Positions 25,738-39,725 of a DNA stretch of 64,000 nt are shown here, piece after piece. The stretch lies in the NCBI GenBank assembly GCA_951406725.2, contig OX597831.1, positions 33,728,001 to 33,792,000 of the forward strand, read 5' to 3'. Numbering within the stretch: the first letter of the stretch is position 1; every line of letters begins with the position of its first letter. The notes beneath the pieces were generated by a model. That model worked only from the letters and a program-made list of their open reading frames with translations. It did no database searches and was not told the DNA's origin. The position numbers and the translations under genes were made by a program. The DNA comes from Octopus vulgaris (taxonomy: Eukaryota).

Positions 25738-26692
25738 AATTGAGATAGGGGTTGTAAATGCAACCCTCCATGGGATAACATATATCCAATATACTGCTAG
25801 TGAAGTGCCCAACAAGGTTAATACATAAATGTTAAGGATTGCGATGCAATCAATTCATTTACTGTATTATATGGGCAAAGGTAAACTGATTTACCACAAA
25901 TTACTAATACAAGATAAGAAAATGGAGAAATACATCTAAATCAAATATCAATTACCAGATAATACTCAATCACATACTTTATTAAACCACCACATAAGAG
26001 ACTGTAGAGTTAAACATAAATAAGCAGAACAAATCAGTGTACATAAAGGAATGTACATAATAATTTATAACTTTGTGTCTCCATGTATGTGTTCTATATT
26101 GATTGTTTCTGTCCCGACAGAAAATATACAAAAATATATAGTCATTCTGATATATGCATGATATTCGGAACCCCACAGAGTCTTTTATCGGTGTAGGGTG
26201 TATAAGCGCATCATATCTTAGGGCACTAGTATGAGTTTTTGCTATACCAATATGTAATATGTGAGAGTCTATAATTAGTATAAGTTGATTATCTCGATGA
26301 GCATATAAAGTTTTTTTTGCGGTTGTTTTGTTGGGGGTTATTGGATTTCTACTGCACAGGCGTGGGCTCGGGTGGCGCTACACCGGAGTTTGTGCGCCCG
26401 CGCACGCATGCGCGAGCGCGTCCGCGCATGTGCATCAACGTGTGCACTCACGCGCGCTATGCTTGCGGACATTCGCGTGTACTTGTACGCGTGTTCTGGT
26501 GTGCATGTCGGTGATCGTGCGTGCGGGAGGGACGTGTGCGTGTGTGCCCGGCCATGAATTCGCGTGTCCGTGCGGGGGCGTGCATGCACATGTATGTGCA
26601 TGTGGGTGCATTTCGGCGTATATTTACTATATTAGGTTTATCTTTGTGCTCTTCTTAATTTGTATTCCATTTTATTTATCTATTTATCTATA

Positions 26693-26730
<38 letters not shown>

Positions 26731-26735
<5 letters not shown>

Positions 26736-27457
26736 GGGTTAAATGCAACAAGTTGCTCAAAACCACATACCGAAAATATTAGAAATAGCAGCCGAAATTG
26801 GTCATTATTTCCTCTACTAGTAAAAAGTCTCCACAAACAAACAGAATTTGTAAGCTGTATATGGCAAAAAAGGCAGAAAATAACGAAAACCCAGCCTCTG
26901 GATTAATTATAGACGACTCGTTTCTGGATTAGAACCGAAGGTTCATTTCCTTGTCAATATAATATTTCCTATAGATCTAGAAATGCTAGGGGAAAAAAAC
27001 TTACCCGTTACACCAGTACGATCAGCGACATCGGACGGCCTAACGGAACTGCTAGCATTCCTACACCTATGCCGACATGCGAATTCATATTTCCCTCCAA
27101 AATTTACCACGTGAGCTACAAAAACATTACCAACGAAACGAAAAATTCGGAGATAACTTGTAAGGGAGCAAAAGTATTCAATATTCAATAAAGGGTGGAA
27201 TATAATTAATTTAATAAAATTAATCAATTTCACCTAGTAGATTTGTCGGTATGGAAAAGACCATATTTGGTAAGGGTTATAATAATTATAATTAAGGGTT
27301 AAATGCAACAAGTTGCTCAAAACCACATACCGAAAACATTAGAAATCTCGGCTGCTATTTCTAATATTTTCGGTATGTGGTTTTGAGCAACTTGTTGCAT
27401 TTAACCCTTAATTATAATTATTATAACCCATACCAAATATGGTCTTTTCCATACCGA
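26731..27457 (-). mobile_element. Non-coding HHR-bearing retroelement: 560-bp monomer, partial repeat and inversion
   Basis: Direct repeat starting at 26731 and 27291; inverted segment ~27348-27457; HHR at 26906-26963; homologous to the 15271 element. Confidence 0.75.
26906..26963 (-). ncRNA. Type-I hammerhead ribozyme motif, U3-A8 variant
   Basis: Minus strand: attata UUGACAA gga..gaacc ttc ggttc..tcc a GAAA CGAGUCG UC tataat; perfect 6-bp stem I, GUC site. Confidence 0.65.
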
Positions 27458-27511
27458 GTATTATCTGGTAATTGATATTTGATTTAGATGTATTTCTCCA
27501 TTTTCTTATCT

Positions 27512-27561
<50 letters not shown>

Positions 27562-28030
27562 AACATATATAGGTGAGAGAGTTGGTATGTGAAAGCACGT
27601 GGTTGGATGTATAAAAGACAAAATAGAGTGAAAAAACTACAGAAGGCTTGTGTTATATGGTTAAAGAATATATCTAAATCGTTTTGTTAGAAAAATGTCG
27701 TAACATTTTGCGTATAGTAACATAGTTTTGGGAGTAATAACCGGTTTCGTACTTTCTTTTCAAATTTCTCAAATTTCTTTATATATGTTATGAAATAAGG
27801 AGTTCCAGGCAGGGAAAGGTAATCAGAGATTTTTTTCGGTATAAGGCAGATAATCAAACGTGATGAGAATGACTAATTTAACATGATTTGGTTTAGAATG
27901 TTACAGGTGATTAGGTTTTGCTTTTTACTTTTTTCAATGGGGTGAGTTTCCTTATTTAAAATGTTAGAAATGGTTAAGTTTTGGCTTATCTTTTTCAACA
28001 TATGCATACATACATACATACATACATACA

Positions 28031-28062
<32 letters not shown>

Positions 28063-28070
28063 CATACATA

Positions 28071-28108
<38 letters not shown>

Positions 28109-28614
28109 TACATACATACATACATACATACATACATACATACATACATACATACATGCATACATGCATACATATATACATGCATACATGCATACATATA
28201 TACATATATACATGCATACATGCATACATATATATACATATATATATGCATACATACATACATACATACATATATATATGTATTGGCTTATGATTTTCAC
28301 TGTTTGATTTGCTTAATAGTGGTTTTATCTCTAATTTAATATAATATATATATATTTATACTATACAATTAGATTTAATCCTAAATCTAATTTTTCCCTG
28401 TAAGTTTGGATTTACTCCCTAATATTATTATTATTGTGGTGTAGATTGGTTGTTTATTTATCAGGGGATGGCCAAGTGATGCAGACATCTCTAACAGCAC
28501 TCCAGAAATCATCTAATATCGATGAAAACTGTGTTAAAACAGCTCATCATTGCTTTTTCTCAATCTATAGAACAACATTTATATTATCCATGTTTCTACT
28601 TTTATTATACAGGG

Positions 28615-28694
<80 letters not shown>

Positions 28695-28827
28695 GAGACA
28701 GACACACGCATGTACACATAATTCACACATAAATATACATGATATTTTGGTTGAGTTTCATCCGTGCATTTAAATTTATGATTGCATGGTTTACATGGAC
28801 ATCATCCATATGTCGGTATGTGTGTGT

Positions 28828-29059
28828 AAGGCGGAGAGCTGGTAGAAACGTTAGCACGTCGGGCGAAATGCTTAGCGGTATTTCGTCTGCCGTTACATTC
28901 TGTGTTCAAATTCCACCGAGGTCGACTTTACCTTTCATCCTTTCGGGGTCGATAAATTAAGTACCAGTTACGCACTGGGGTCGATGTAATCGACTTAATA
29001 CCTATGTCTGTCCTTGTTTGTCCCCTCTACGTTTAGCCCCTTGTGGGTAATAAAGAAAT
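28828..29059 (+). mobile_element. SINE family B, tail1, young copy
   Basis: Full length; TSD ggtatgtgtgtgt on both sides. Confidence 0.9.
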
Positions 29060-29754
29060 AGGTATGTGTGTGTGTGTGTGTGTGTACGACTGTGTTGTTG
29101 CGAACGTGTGAGTGTGCGCATGTGTAAGTTCATTTCGTAGAATGAAACGGATATTGTAAAGAAACATTTCTGTATTTCTAATCTCCATTTTTTTGTAAGC
29201 ACAACAATACGTATATGCACGTTTGTATGCTTATTTCTAGAAGTGTAAACATAAAAAGCTGCAATCAGAACTTATATGGTTACGCACTCATACACACATA
29301 CATGCGTGTGCGTGTTTGTGCGTGCGCGTGAATGTGTGTATGTCCGTGTGTTGGTGTGTGAGATTCGATTTTGATATATTATATATTTCCCATTGATAAT
29401 TATATTCACACATACGCACAGTCACTCAGATACCTTTCCATAGACGCATGCACACACACACACACACGCACGCATGTATATAAATATAGATACTCATTTT
29501 GTTCCCACAAATAGGGAAATGAGAGAGAGAAGAGTATTTCTGTATTCTATATGCAAATGTGAGACTGAAAATATGTTCAAGAGTGTATATATAGATATGT
29601 ACATATATGTATGTATGGATCTTTGTATGTATGTTTGTATGTGTGTATGTATGTATGTGTGTATGATTGTATGTATGCACATATGTATGTATGTATGTGT
29701 GTGTGTATATATGTATAGAGTATTTGAAGTGTACAAATATTGTATATCGATATA

Positions 29755-29824
<70 letters not shown>

Positions 29825-30192
29825 TGCATACGATTTTTACGACAAATATATATATATATGTCTTTAGAGAAATCTTAAATTGAAAATAATATAAATGTTT
29901 AATAACTTCTCTAACTAATCTTCAGAGAAAATATCGTCTTTGTAACAACCAATCAGTCACTATTTATATCACTATTTATATCAAGTTTAAAATAGAGAAC
30001 TGTTTTATCAAATGCATTCATTATTTGGCAATCAATTCTGTTTACCTCGGGGTGAATCCCTCTCAATGTTATAGTCATGATAAATATTGGTGAAGTAGGT
30101 GTACACACTTATTCGTATTTGCATGCATATATGAATGAAAATATGTGGATGCACGTATGTTTGTTTGTAAAAATACATGTATATACTTAGAG

Positions 30193-30241
<49 letters not shown>

Positions 30242-30426
30242 CATATAAATAATTATAAATATATACCGGCTGTGTGCGTGTTTGTATATATATATATGTA
30301 TGTATGTATATATATGCATATATACACATATATACATCTATACACATATATTTATGTCAAACATACAATCATATATACATTCACACACACATTTCTACAT
30401 CAGTTTGTATAGGTGTTTGCGTTAAT

Positions 30427-30491
<65 letters not shown>

Positions 30492-30539
30492 ATATATGTA
30501 TATATATATTGATGGGGGTGGATGAAGGGGAGGTATGAC

Positions 30540-31560
30540 TGCTTAGAAAACTTCGTGAAAGGAGGATTTCCTGGAAAGTTCCGAGGTGGGGGAGGAAGGA
30601 AATTTCCTGGAAAGATCCGAAGAAGTGTAGAAACGAGAGGAAGGGAGGACTTCCTGGAAAGTTCCGAAGAGGAGGATGAGGAATAGGAGGATGAGGACGT
30701 CCTGGAAAGTTCCGAGGATGGGAAGTACTTCCAGGTAAATATAGAGGGGTAGAATTATTTCCGGGTAAGTTTAGAGGGGAGGAAGGGGAGGTATTACTTC
30801 CGGGTCAGATCAGAGGGTAGGTATTACTTCCGGGTGTGTTCAGAAAGTGGAAGAAGCGGGAGGTATTACTTCCAGGGAAAGTCAGAGGGGGAAAGGGAAT
30901 TACTTCCGGCTAAGTTCAGAGAGGGAAAAATTACTTCCGGGTAAGTACAGAGTGGAAAGAATTACTTCCGGGTAAGTTTAGAGGGGAGGAAGAATTACTT
31001 TCAGGTACGTTCAGAGGGGTGAGGAAGGGAAGGAATTAATTCCGGGTCAGTTCAGAGGGGGAATTACTTCCAAGGAAGTTCAGATGGGGAGGAATTATTT
31101 CCGGGTAAGTTCAGAGGAGGGAGAAATTACTTCTGGTAAGTTCAGAAGTGGGAAGGGGAGGAATTACTTCCGGTAAAGTTCCGTAGTGGGAGGTAATACT
31201 TCCGGTGGAGAAATTACTTCTATGTATGTTCAGAAGGAGGAGGAATTACTTCCGGTAAAGTTCCGTAGTGGGAGGTAATACTTCCGGTGGAGAAATTACT
31301 TCTATGTATGTTCAGAAGGAGGAGGAATGACTTCCAGCTAAATTCAGAGGGGTGAAGTTGAGAGGGAGTAGAAGTGGAAGAATTACTTTCGGGAAAGATC
31401 ATAGGTGAGGAAGGGGTGGTAGTACTTTCGGGAAAGATCAGAGGGTTGAGGAAGGGGAGGTATTACATCTGGATGAGTTAAGAGGAGGAATTACTTCCCG
31501 GTAGTTTCAGAACGGGAATAATTACTTCCAGGTAAGTTCAGAAGGGGAGGAATTACTTTT
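30540..31560. repeat. Purine-rich minisatellite, ~30-bp unit, about 30 copies
   Basis: Unit ggggaggaattacttccgggtaagttcaga; first units carry ttcctggaaag; 82-bp higher-order duplication at 31157 and 31239. Confidence 0.9.
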
Positions 31561-32232
31561 GTCCATTGATTTTCAGATATGTGTTCCATACTTTTGTCCA
31601 TTAAATTTCAGACACGTGTCCCATATTTTTATCGATTAAGTTTTAGACATATCTTCCAAACTTTTGCCCCCTAATTTTCAACCTGTGTTCCAAACTTTTG
31701 TCCATGGCGGAAAATTACTGGGCAATTTTTTAGAACACATGTCTGAATATTAGAGGACATAAGTTGGGAATACATGTCTAAAAATTCATTGGTACTCTTG
31801 AGTTTCAAGCATCATGCTGGAAACCCAAGAATACCAACGAATTTACTTTAAAATATCGATAGCAATTACATACAGAATATCTGATAATGAAACAGTAATA
31901 TTAATGCAATAGAATGGCAACATGGTGATATTCACTCGTAAGTAGTTGTGTCCACTCAACAGGATAGTAATAACCACGTTGCGGCAAGGAATGAGTATTT
32001 AGTAATGGAAGGTTTAAAATAAAAGAAGGCAGTCCATGTGAAATAGTAACAGATTAAGGAAGAAACATTTGCAATTTTATTAAACAAATTTAAGAAACTT
32101 TTTATTATAAAGGTATCAACTTTAAGTTGTACAAGTAACCAATAAAATTTATAACTAATAAAAGTTGATTAAGTAGCATAATATTGAAGTAAATTATGAG
32201 GTCAAAAATTCTATAGATACGTATGTATGTAC

Positions 32233-32282
<50 letters not shown>

Positions 32283-32289
32283 CACACAA

Positions 32290-32626
32290 GAACACAACAC
32301 TAGGATTCAATATTCATAACAGTTGTTTCGGCAGGTGTTTATTGCTGCATTCTTAACAGAAATCATAGCAAAAGTCTGCCCATTATCAGGTAAATTTTAA
32401 ACACATAAACACATAAGGTAGAAAGAGAAGGTGATCAGTTCACCTGGAGAAAATTGTTGAACTGGTTAACTTCTGTTCCTAACCTTACCTTTCGACTATT
32501 TCTAGAGGTATGGCAAGGAGCCGAATTCTTTCTGCCATACGTCTGGCCCTCCAGTAGCAACTATCTCCAGCCAGGGTTTGATCTTTGATCACAGCCTCAC
32601 ATAGTCGTCTGAATCAAGGTGTTGGA
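32290..32626. mobile_element. Interspersed repeat, truncated copy of the 19375 element
   Basis: Homology to 19375-19702; flanked by a 60-bp direct duplication. Confidence 0.75.
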
Positions 32627-32901
32627 TAACTAATAAAAGGTGATTAAGTAGCATAATATTGAAGTAAATTATGAGGTCAAAAATTTTATAATCAATGAGA
32701 TTAAGAAATTAAGAAAAAAATTGAAGTTTAAAATGAAACGAAAATTTAAAATTTCGTCTTCTACGTCTCTTTCTCTTTTCTCTATTTAATTTCCATCCTA
32801 CCATTGAACAAGAACATCTATGATCAAAGATATTCTATCCATGACCATCTCGATCGTTTGGAGTTATATCCAGACTACTTTATTCAAGTGTTATTCACAT
32901 A

Positions 32902-33110
32902 CTCTCTTTTACTTGTTTCAGTCATTTGACTGCGGCCATGCTGGAGCACCGCCTTTAGTCGAGCCAATCGACCCCGCGACTTATTCTTTGTAAGCCCAGT
33001 ACTTATTCTATCGGGATCTTTTGCCGAACCGCTAAGTGACGGGGACGTAAACACACCAGCATCGGTTGTCAAGCAATGCTAGGGGGACAAAAACAGACAC
33101 ACAAACACAT

Positions 33111-33157
<47 letters not shown>

Positions 33158-33312
33158 CGACGGGCCTCTTTCAGTTTCTGTCTACCAAATCCACTCACAA
33201 GGCATTGGTCGGCCCGGGGCTATAGCAGAAGACACTTGCCCAAGATTCCACGCAGTGGGACTGAACCCGGAACCATGTGGTTGCTTAGCAAGCTACTTAC
33301 CACACAGCCACT
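32902..33312 (-). mobile_element. SINE family A, full length
   Basis: Clean reverse complement of family A. Confidence 0.9.
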
Positions 33313-34257
33313 CACGCTTAAATTAGTAGCGTGTAATTTGTGAGAGTTATTGCTGCTATTTCTAGTACGTCGATAGTAAACACATAGATGCTCCTAAATT
33401 GATTAATTTATTTAGGATATCTTATATAAGCACAAAGACAATTTTCAGTGAAAGAACACATTGTACTCAGTCAACTTCAGTTCAATTTGGTTTATATTTT
33501 ATCGATCTAAGATCGATAAAAAGCAAAGTCGATATCTACGATGAAATCTGATCTCAGAATAATGATTAGAAATACCGAATGGAATGACATAAAGCACATA
33601 ACCTCTTATTTCCCCATTTCTGACAATCAACCGCCTCTACATCATTTATTAATATATGCCATTTCTAACCAAACTCTTGGTCTGAAACACTGATAATTTT
33701 ACGGAAGGGATTTGAACCTACAGAGAGGCAGCTAATTACTGCAACACATCTTTCCCATCGTCCTTCTTTTTTTTTTTATTATACATACAATTTTTTAAAC
33801 AAATTTCAATTCGTTTCGTTTTGTTCTTCACATTCGATCTTTTTAATCTAACTGAAGATCGTAAACGACACAATATCCTTTTTTTTCTATCATTGATTCC
33901 TTTCTCTCGTCTTTCACATTTTCTCATTCTTATCTAACCGAAGATCTTAAACTTAGCAAGATATTCTCCACTTGAGAAGTTTCTTTTTTTACATTAAATA
34001 CAAAATCTCAAGAAACAAGACCCTTTGAACATTTCTTTTTATTCACTTCTATTATATGACAAAGAATATATTTTGTACTCCAACGGTATATGTTCATTTT
34101 TTTATCAATTGTACTTATAAACGTTTGAGTTTTTCTACGAATCAGAGGTGCTGCATTTCTCTATTGATAAATTTTAATATTGCTCTTTGATGTTAAAACT
34201 AGCATGAAACAATTATGATAAACAGTAAGGAAGGTGTTCAATAAGTGTGTGGCCTGC

Positions 34258-34357
<100 letters not shown>

Positions 34358-34504
34358 GTATGTATGTATGTATGTATGTATGTATGTATGTATGTATGTA
34401 TGTATCTATCTATCTATCTATCTATCTATCTGTTTGTCTGTAATATAAATATAACACACACGCCCTAAAAATATACACACATGCTTGTATGATGAAATCT
34501 GTAG

Positions 34505-34536
<32 letters not shown>

Positions 34537-35399
34537 CACTGAAACGAGATGAAAGCGTTGAATGAATAATTATCACAAATTCTGACTACTTCCTTATCTG
34601 TAATATATAAAATTTGCACATACATACATACATACATACATACATACATACATACATACATACATACATACATACATTCCTACATACATACATACGCACA
34701 CACACACAGACGCACATACATATGTAAAAACGTAAATCCAAGTACTACATCACCTTACAAACCGCTTCGCATATATATATAAACAATCGTATATTAACGG
34801 ATGGACACAAAAAATATTTAATTTCCGATGATTCGATGAATATTTAATCTCGTCACTAGATTATCAAAGTAAAACATGGCGGCTACGAAGGAAAGAGATA
34901 TATCTCTCCATGTTCATAAAGTATGTGATCAAACTTATATGTATATAGGCACACAAACATGTATACATAGACGCATGAATAGTGACTATATAAAACAATA
35001 TAGAATGATACATACGTTCATAAAAGAAGAAGCAAAAACAAATGAGAGACAAGCACGGATACAGTTCAAATTTCTTTTTGAGGACGACACAACACGAAAA
35101 AGAAATAATGGCATTCATCGAGAGGATAGAGTGGAAGAAAGAAGAAACGAAACAGAGACGTTGGGAAGAGAAGAAAATAAAGTGAAACAATAAGATAAGA
35201 AAAGAGTAAATCCATTTATGAACAGCAACTCCGTTTTTCGTCCAGGTTGAAGCAATTTGATTTAATATACGTTATGAATATCATATTCTATTTCATTTTT
35301 CTGAAATAAACGACAACACTCATCGTATAAAAAGCACTACGATAATTATGCGCGCCCACACACAAATTTATACACACACGTATATGAATACATACATAG

Positions 35400-35430
<31 letters not shown>

Positions 35431-35917
35431 TGTATGTATGTATGTATGTATGTATGTATGTATGTATGTATGCATGCATGTATGTATGTATGTATGTATG
35501 TATGTATGTATGTATGTATGTAGGGATGTATGTATGTATGTATGTATGTATATATGTAATGTATGTATGTATGTATGTATGTATGTATGTATGTATGTAT
35601 GTATGTATGTAGGGATGTATGTCATTCAGTTTATTTCAAGATTTCTTGTCAATAGAAAAAGAACCGGTTTCTAACCTAGATCCAAGGTTCATTCATTGGA
35701 ATTTCCACATCAACAACAGGGTATTTTTACTTGTATGTATGTATGTATGTATGTATGTATTGTTAAATGTGTATGTATGTATACCTTTATGTATGTATGT
35801 AGGTATGTATGTATGTACGTGTGTAAGTATGTACGTGTGTAAGTATGTACGTATGTATGTATGTATGTATGTATGTATGTATGTATGTATGTATGTATGT
35901 ATGTATATATGTAAGCA

Positions 35918-36893
35918 TTAGGTTGGAAAGAAAATCCTGTCTCATTACAAGATGGAAAAGAAAGAAATGCTTCTTTGGTCTTAATTGATATAGTTAATCA
36001 AAATTATATTTCCCGTAATTATTGCGATCGTAATTCAATATATTTGACAAACTATTGATTTTCAGGTCTCGAGGCAAAGAGACACTCAAATCCTTTGATG
36101 GGAGATGACACCACCCTTCTTGCGAATGCTTGAAAATTTTAGCGGTAGTATGCCGCCAAGAGTAAAGACGCGCTTGTGGGATTTTCATTTTCACACAAGA
36201 TGTCTTAACACATTGAGCAGAGATAATAAATCCATGTCTCATCACAAGTGAAGATGTTCTTCATGAAGCCTGAGTCGTTGTTTGTCCAGTCTAGCATGTC
36301 CTGAGCGATTTCCACGCGAAGTTACTCATGCTGTTCCGCCAGCATGTTGGACACGAATTTTGCCGAAACTTTTCTCATGCACAAATCCTTCGTTAAATTG
36401 AAATGTACTGATTATATGCTTATTTCTACTCCGTGAACAATTTACAGAATTGGTACACGACGGTCTTCCTATAACTATTCGCCGAAACATCTCAATTGGC
36501 TCCTCATTTTGGCTTGTGGATGGTATGCCACATTCTGCACTGAAATGCGGCCATGTTTAAAGTGGTTGTACCACACTTTGATCTGCCCCCCCACGACATC
36601 ATCACCAGAGGCCTGCTGAATACTCTTGATGGTTTGAGCTTGACTGTCACCAAGATTTTGATAAAACTTGATGCAATATCTCTGCTTGTTGATTTGATTC
36701 AAAAAGAAAAACTCGACGGGAGCGCACTACATGTCAGTACTCGAGGTGTAAGAACCGGCACCTGACACGGCCTACACGTGCGAGAATTCTCATGCATGCG
36801 TAGGAAGGGTGGTGTCACTTCCTACCAAAAGAATTTCGCCCATACCGCGTTAGTTTGAAGCGGAAAATGTCGGATGCTTTTTCAAAGGACCTA
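35918..36893 (-). mobile_element. Decayed mariner remnant(s)
   Basis: KQRYCIKFYQNLGDSQAQTI...VWYNHFKHGR (36475-36702); MRKVSAKFV and TCDETW motifs; mariner-like C-terminus near 36000. The two ends look like different TIR types, so this may be two fused copies. Confidence 0.8.
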
Positions 36894-36970
36894 GCATCCA
36901 CTGTATACATACATACGTTTTCTATCTATCTATCTATCTAGCTATCGGTCCTTCTCTCTCAATATATATG

Positions 36971-37058
<88 letters not shown>

Positions 37059-37093
37059 CATATATACATACATATATATATACATACACATAT

Positions 37094-37124
<31 letters not shown>

Positions 37125-37257
37125 CACACACACATATATATGCATACATATATGTATATATATATATATATATACATATACATACACATATATACATACA
37201 TACATATATATATACATACACATATATACATACATACACACATACGCACACACACAC

Positions 37258-37314
<57 letters not shown>

Positions 37315-37366
37315 CAAAAGAAAAGTGCCTAGGTTAGTTGTTAGGGTGGTGCACTCATGATCGGGT

Positions 37367-37890
37367 GCTAATTGCTTCCTTACGTACCGAAATTAGAAAT
37401 AGAAGCTAATGCCATTTCAACTACCATAAGTTATCTCCGAGACAATAACACTTTTTTTTACGTAGGCAAAAAGAGAAATGATGAATCCACACGACTTCGA
37501 TTACTTACAGACGCGGGATAGTTTGTAACAGACACGTGGGCATAAAAGATAAATATATGTATTCACATTCGGCTGTATATTTAGGGGAGTGCGGTTGAAT
37601 ATGAGTTATGCGATGACGCTTGATCGCCTACATATTTAATCCTAACATTCGTAAATTTACAACTCGAAATATTGCACTGAGAAGAGAAAAGGGTAAATAT
37701 AACTTACTTTAATTTGGAAACGCATCGGTAATTAACCGAAGTTAGGTGGCTTCATCATTTTTCTTTTTGCCTACTTAAAAAAAAGTGTGTTATTGTCTCG
37801 GAGATACTTATGGTAGTTGAAATGGCATTAGCTTCTATTTCTAATTTCGGTACGTAAGGAAGCAATTAGCTGATCCCTGATTATAATTAT
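37367..37890 (+). mobile_element. HHR-family element with ~120-bp inverted arms
   Basis: 37367-37485 inverted at 37751-37870; decayed HHR at 37671-37732 (CUGAGAA...GAAA CGCA UC); shares taccgaaa.ttagaaatag.agc with the 15271 and 26731 elements. Confidence 0.65.
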
Positions 37891-37916
37891 AGTTATGCAT
37901 ATAATCATAGAATATG

Positions 37917-37979
<63 letters not shown>

Positions 37980-37981
<2 letters not shown>

Positions 37982-38165
37982 GGGAAGGTTTACGAAAATA
38001 AACAAAAGACGAAGGCAGGTGGAGTACAAACAAACAAATGTATTAGTATGGCGCTCAGGAATACAAATAGAACAAGTCTTTTACGTTTCGAGCCTACGCT
38101 CAGAAAAAAACAAGGAGAGAAACAAGGAGAGAAAAAATGCGTGTAGGAGCTAACGATCTATCATG
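37980..38165 (-). mobile_element. Short HHR-associated repeat, copy with the core deleted
   Basis: Close match to 58128-58322 but lacks ttcgacagaaagatacac; flanked by (TA)n. Confidence 0.8.
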
Positions 38166-38186
38166 ATATATCTTTGTATATGTATG

Positions 38187-38254
<68 letters not shown>

Positions 38255-38280
38255 AGGTTTGGAGATGATGTACAGGTATT

Positions 38281-38531
38281 ATATATTAGAAAAAATGAGG
38301 TAATCAGATCGGATGGTTCATATTTATAGATATTTATTTATATATTACATTTTTTACATATATATCATATCATTCAGATCATATCATTCGGATTAGCGCT
38401 TTCTCCCAATCTCGACTGGGAGAAAGCTCTAATCCGAATGATATGATCTGAATGATATGATATATATGTAAAAAATGTAATATATAAATAAATATCTATA
38501 AATATGAACCATCCGAACTGATTACCTCATT

Positions 38532-38544
<13 letters not shown>
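38281..38544. repeat. Near-perfect palindrome, ~128-bp arms
   Basis: Arms differ at two positions seen; apex near 38409-38416. Confidence 0.95.
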
Positions 38545-38570
<26 letters not shown>

Positions 38571-38811
38571 AAAAGATATTCGAAAGCAGTCACACACACT
38601 AGAAAGAAACTTTTTCCAAAAGGGTTAGTGATGGTCTGATAAAAAAGTTACAACTTTTTTTTCAAATAACTTTAAAAAACAGTCTTTTTTATACTTAGTA
38701 AAACAGTATCAAGTAACTTTCACAAAGACTTTTGAATATACATACATACATACATACATACATATATGTACATATATACATATATATGTACATATATACA
38801 TATATATGTAC

Positions 38812-38852
<41 letters not shown>

Positions 38853-39549
38853 TACATTTATATATATGTACATATATATACATGTATATATATGTATATA
38901 TATATATGTATATATATATATGTATATATGTATGTATGTATACATTTATACATACATATGTATGTGTAAATTTATACACAAAAAAGGTGACCCCTAACAG
39001 GACACCTTACACACTAGAAGGAACAATCAAAGTCTAAACCACGCTTAAGAGCAATGTCGAAGGGGACTTTGACTGTTTCTTCTAGCATATAAGGAGTCCT
39101 TTTTTATTTGAAAGATATATATATATACATATAAGTCTTTCCTCGTCTTATCGATATATATATATATAATCTCTAGAAGGTTTCAAAAGTGACTCAAGGG
39201 CTGAGAATTTTCGTCCATGACAGGTTTCAGACTCCGATGCACGAAACTTCTATAGGCGAATGGTGATGTCTGTTATGTTTATGCCACTCTCGCAAAAGAC
39301 ATACACATATACGTTCATACATACGCATAACCACACATTGCACGCACACACGCACGCATACACAAATATAAACACACACATACAGTGAATTGTGATACTG
39401 AGATATATATATTCCTGAAAAATCTATACCCGGAACAGAAATTATATTTACAACGCCCGTCTAGCTAAACTAACTGTGTTTGCGGGTGTACAGACATACA
39501 GACGCGTACTTTTAATTGCTATATACATATATACATATTTATACATACA

Positions 39550-39615
<66 letters not shown>

Positions 39616-39693
39616 CATGTACATATATATATACATGCATATATATACTTATGTACATATACATACAGTGTATATATATATATAAATATATGT

Positions 39694-39725
<32 letters not shown>

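Noticed and set aside
26090-26200. Hammerhead-like remnant in the 25735-26330 block
   Set aside because: Core and stem III both degenerate; cannot be distinguished from chance.
26340-26620. CpG-rich patch as a CpG-island promoter
   Set aside because: Pattern is a degenerate (GT/GC)n microsatellite.
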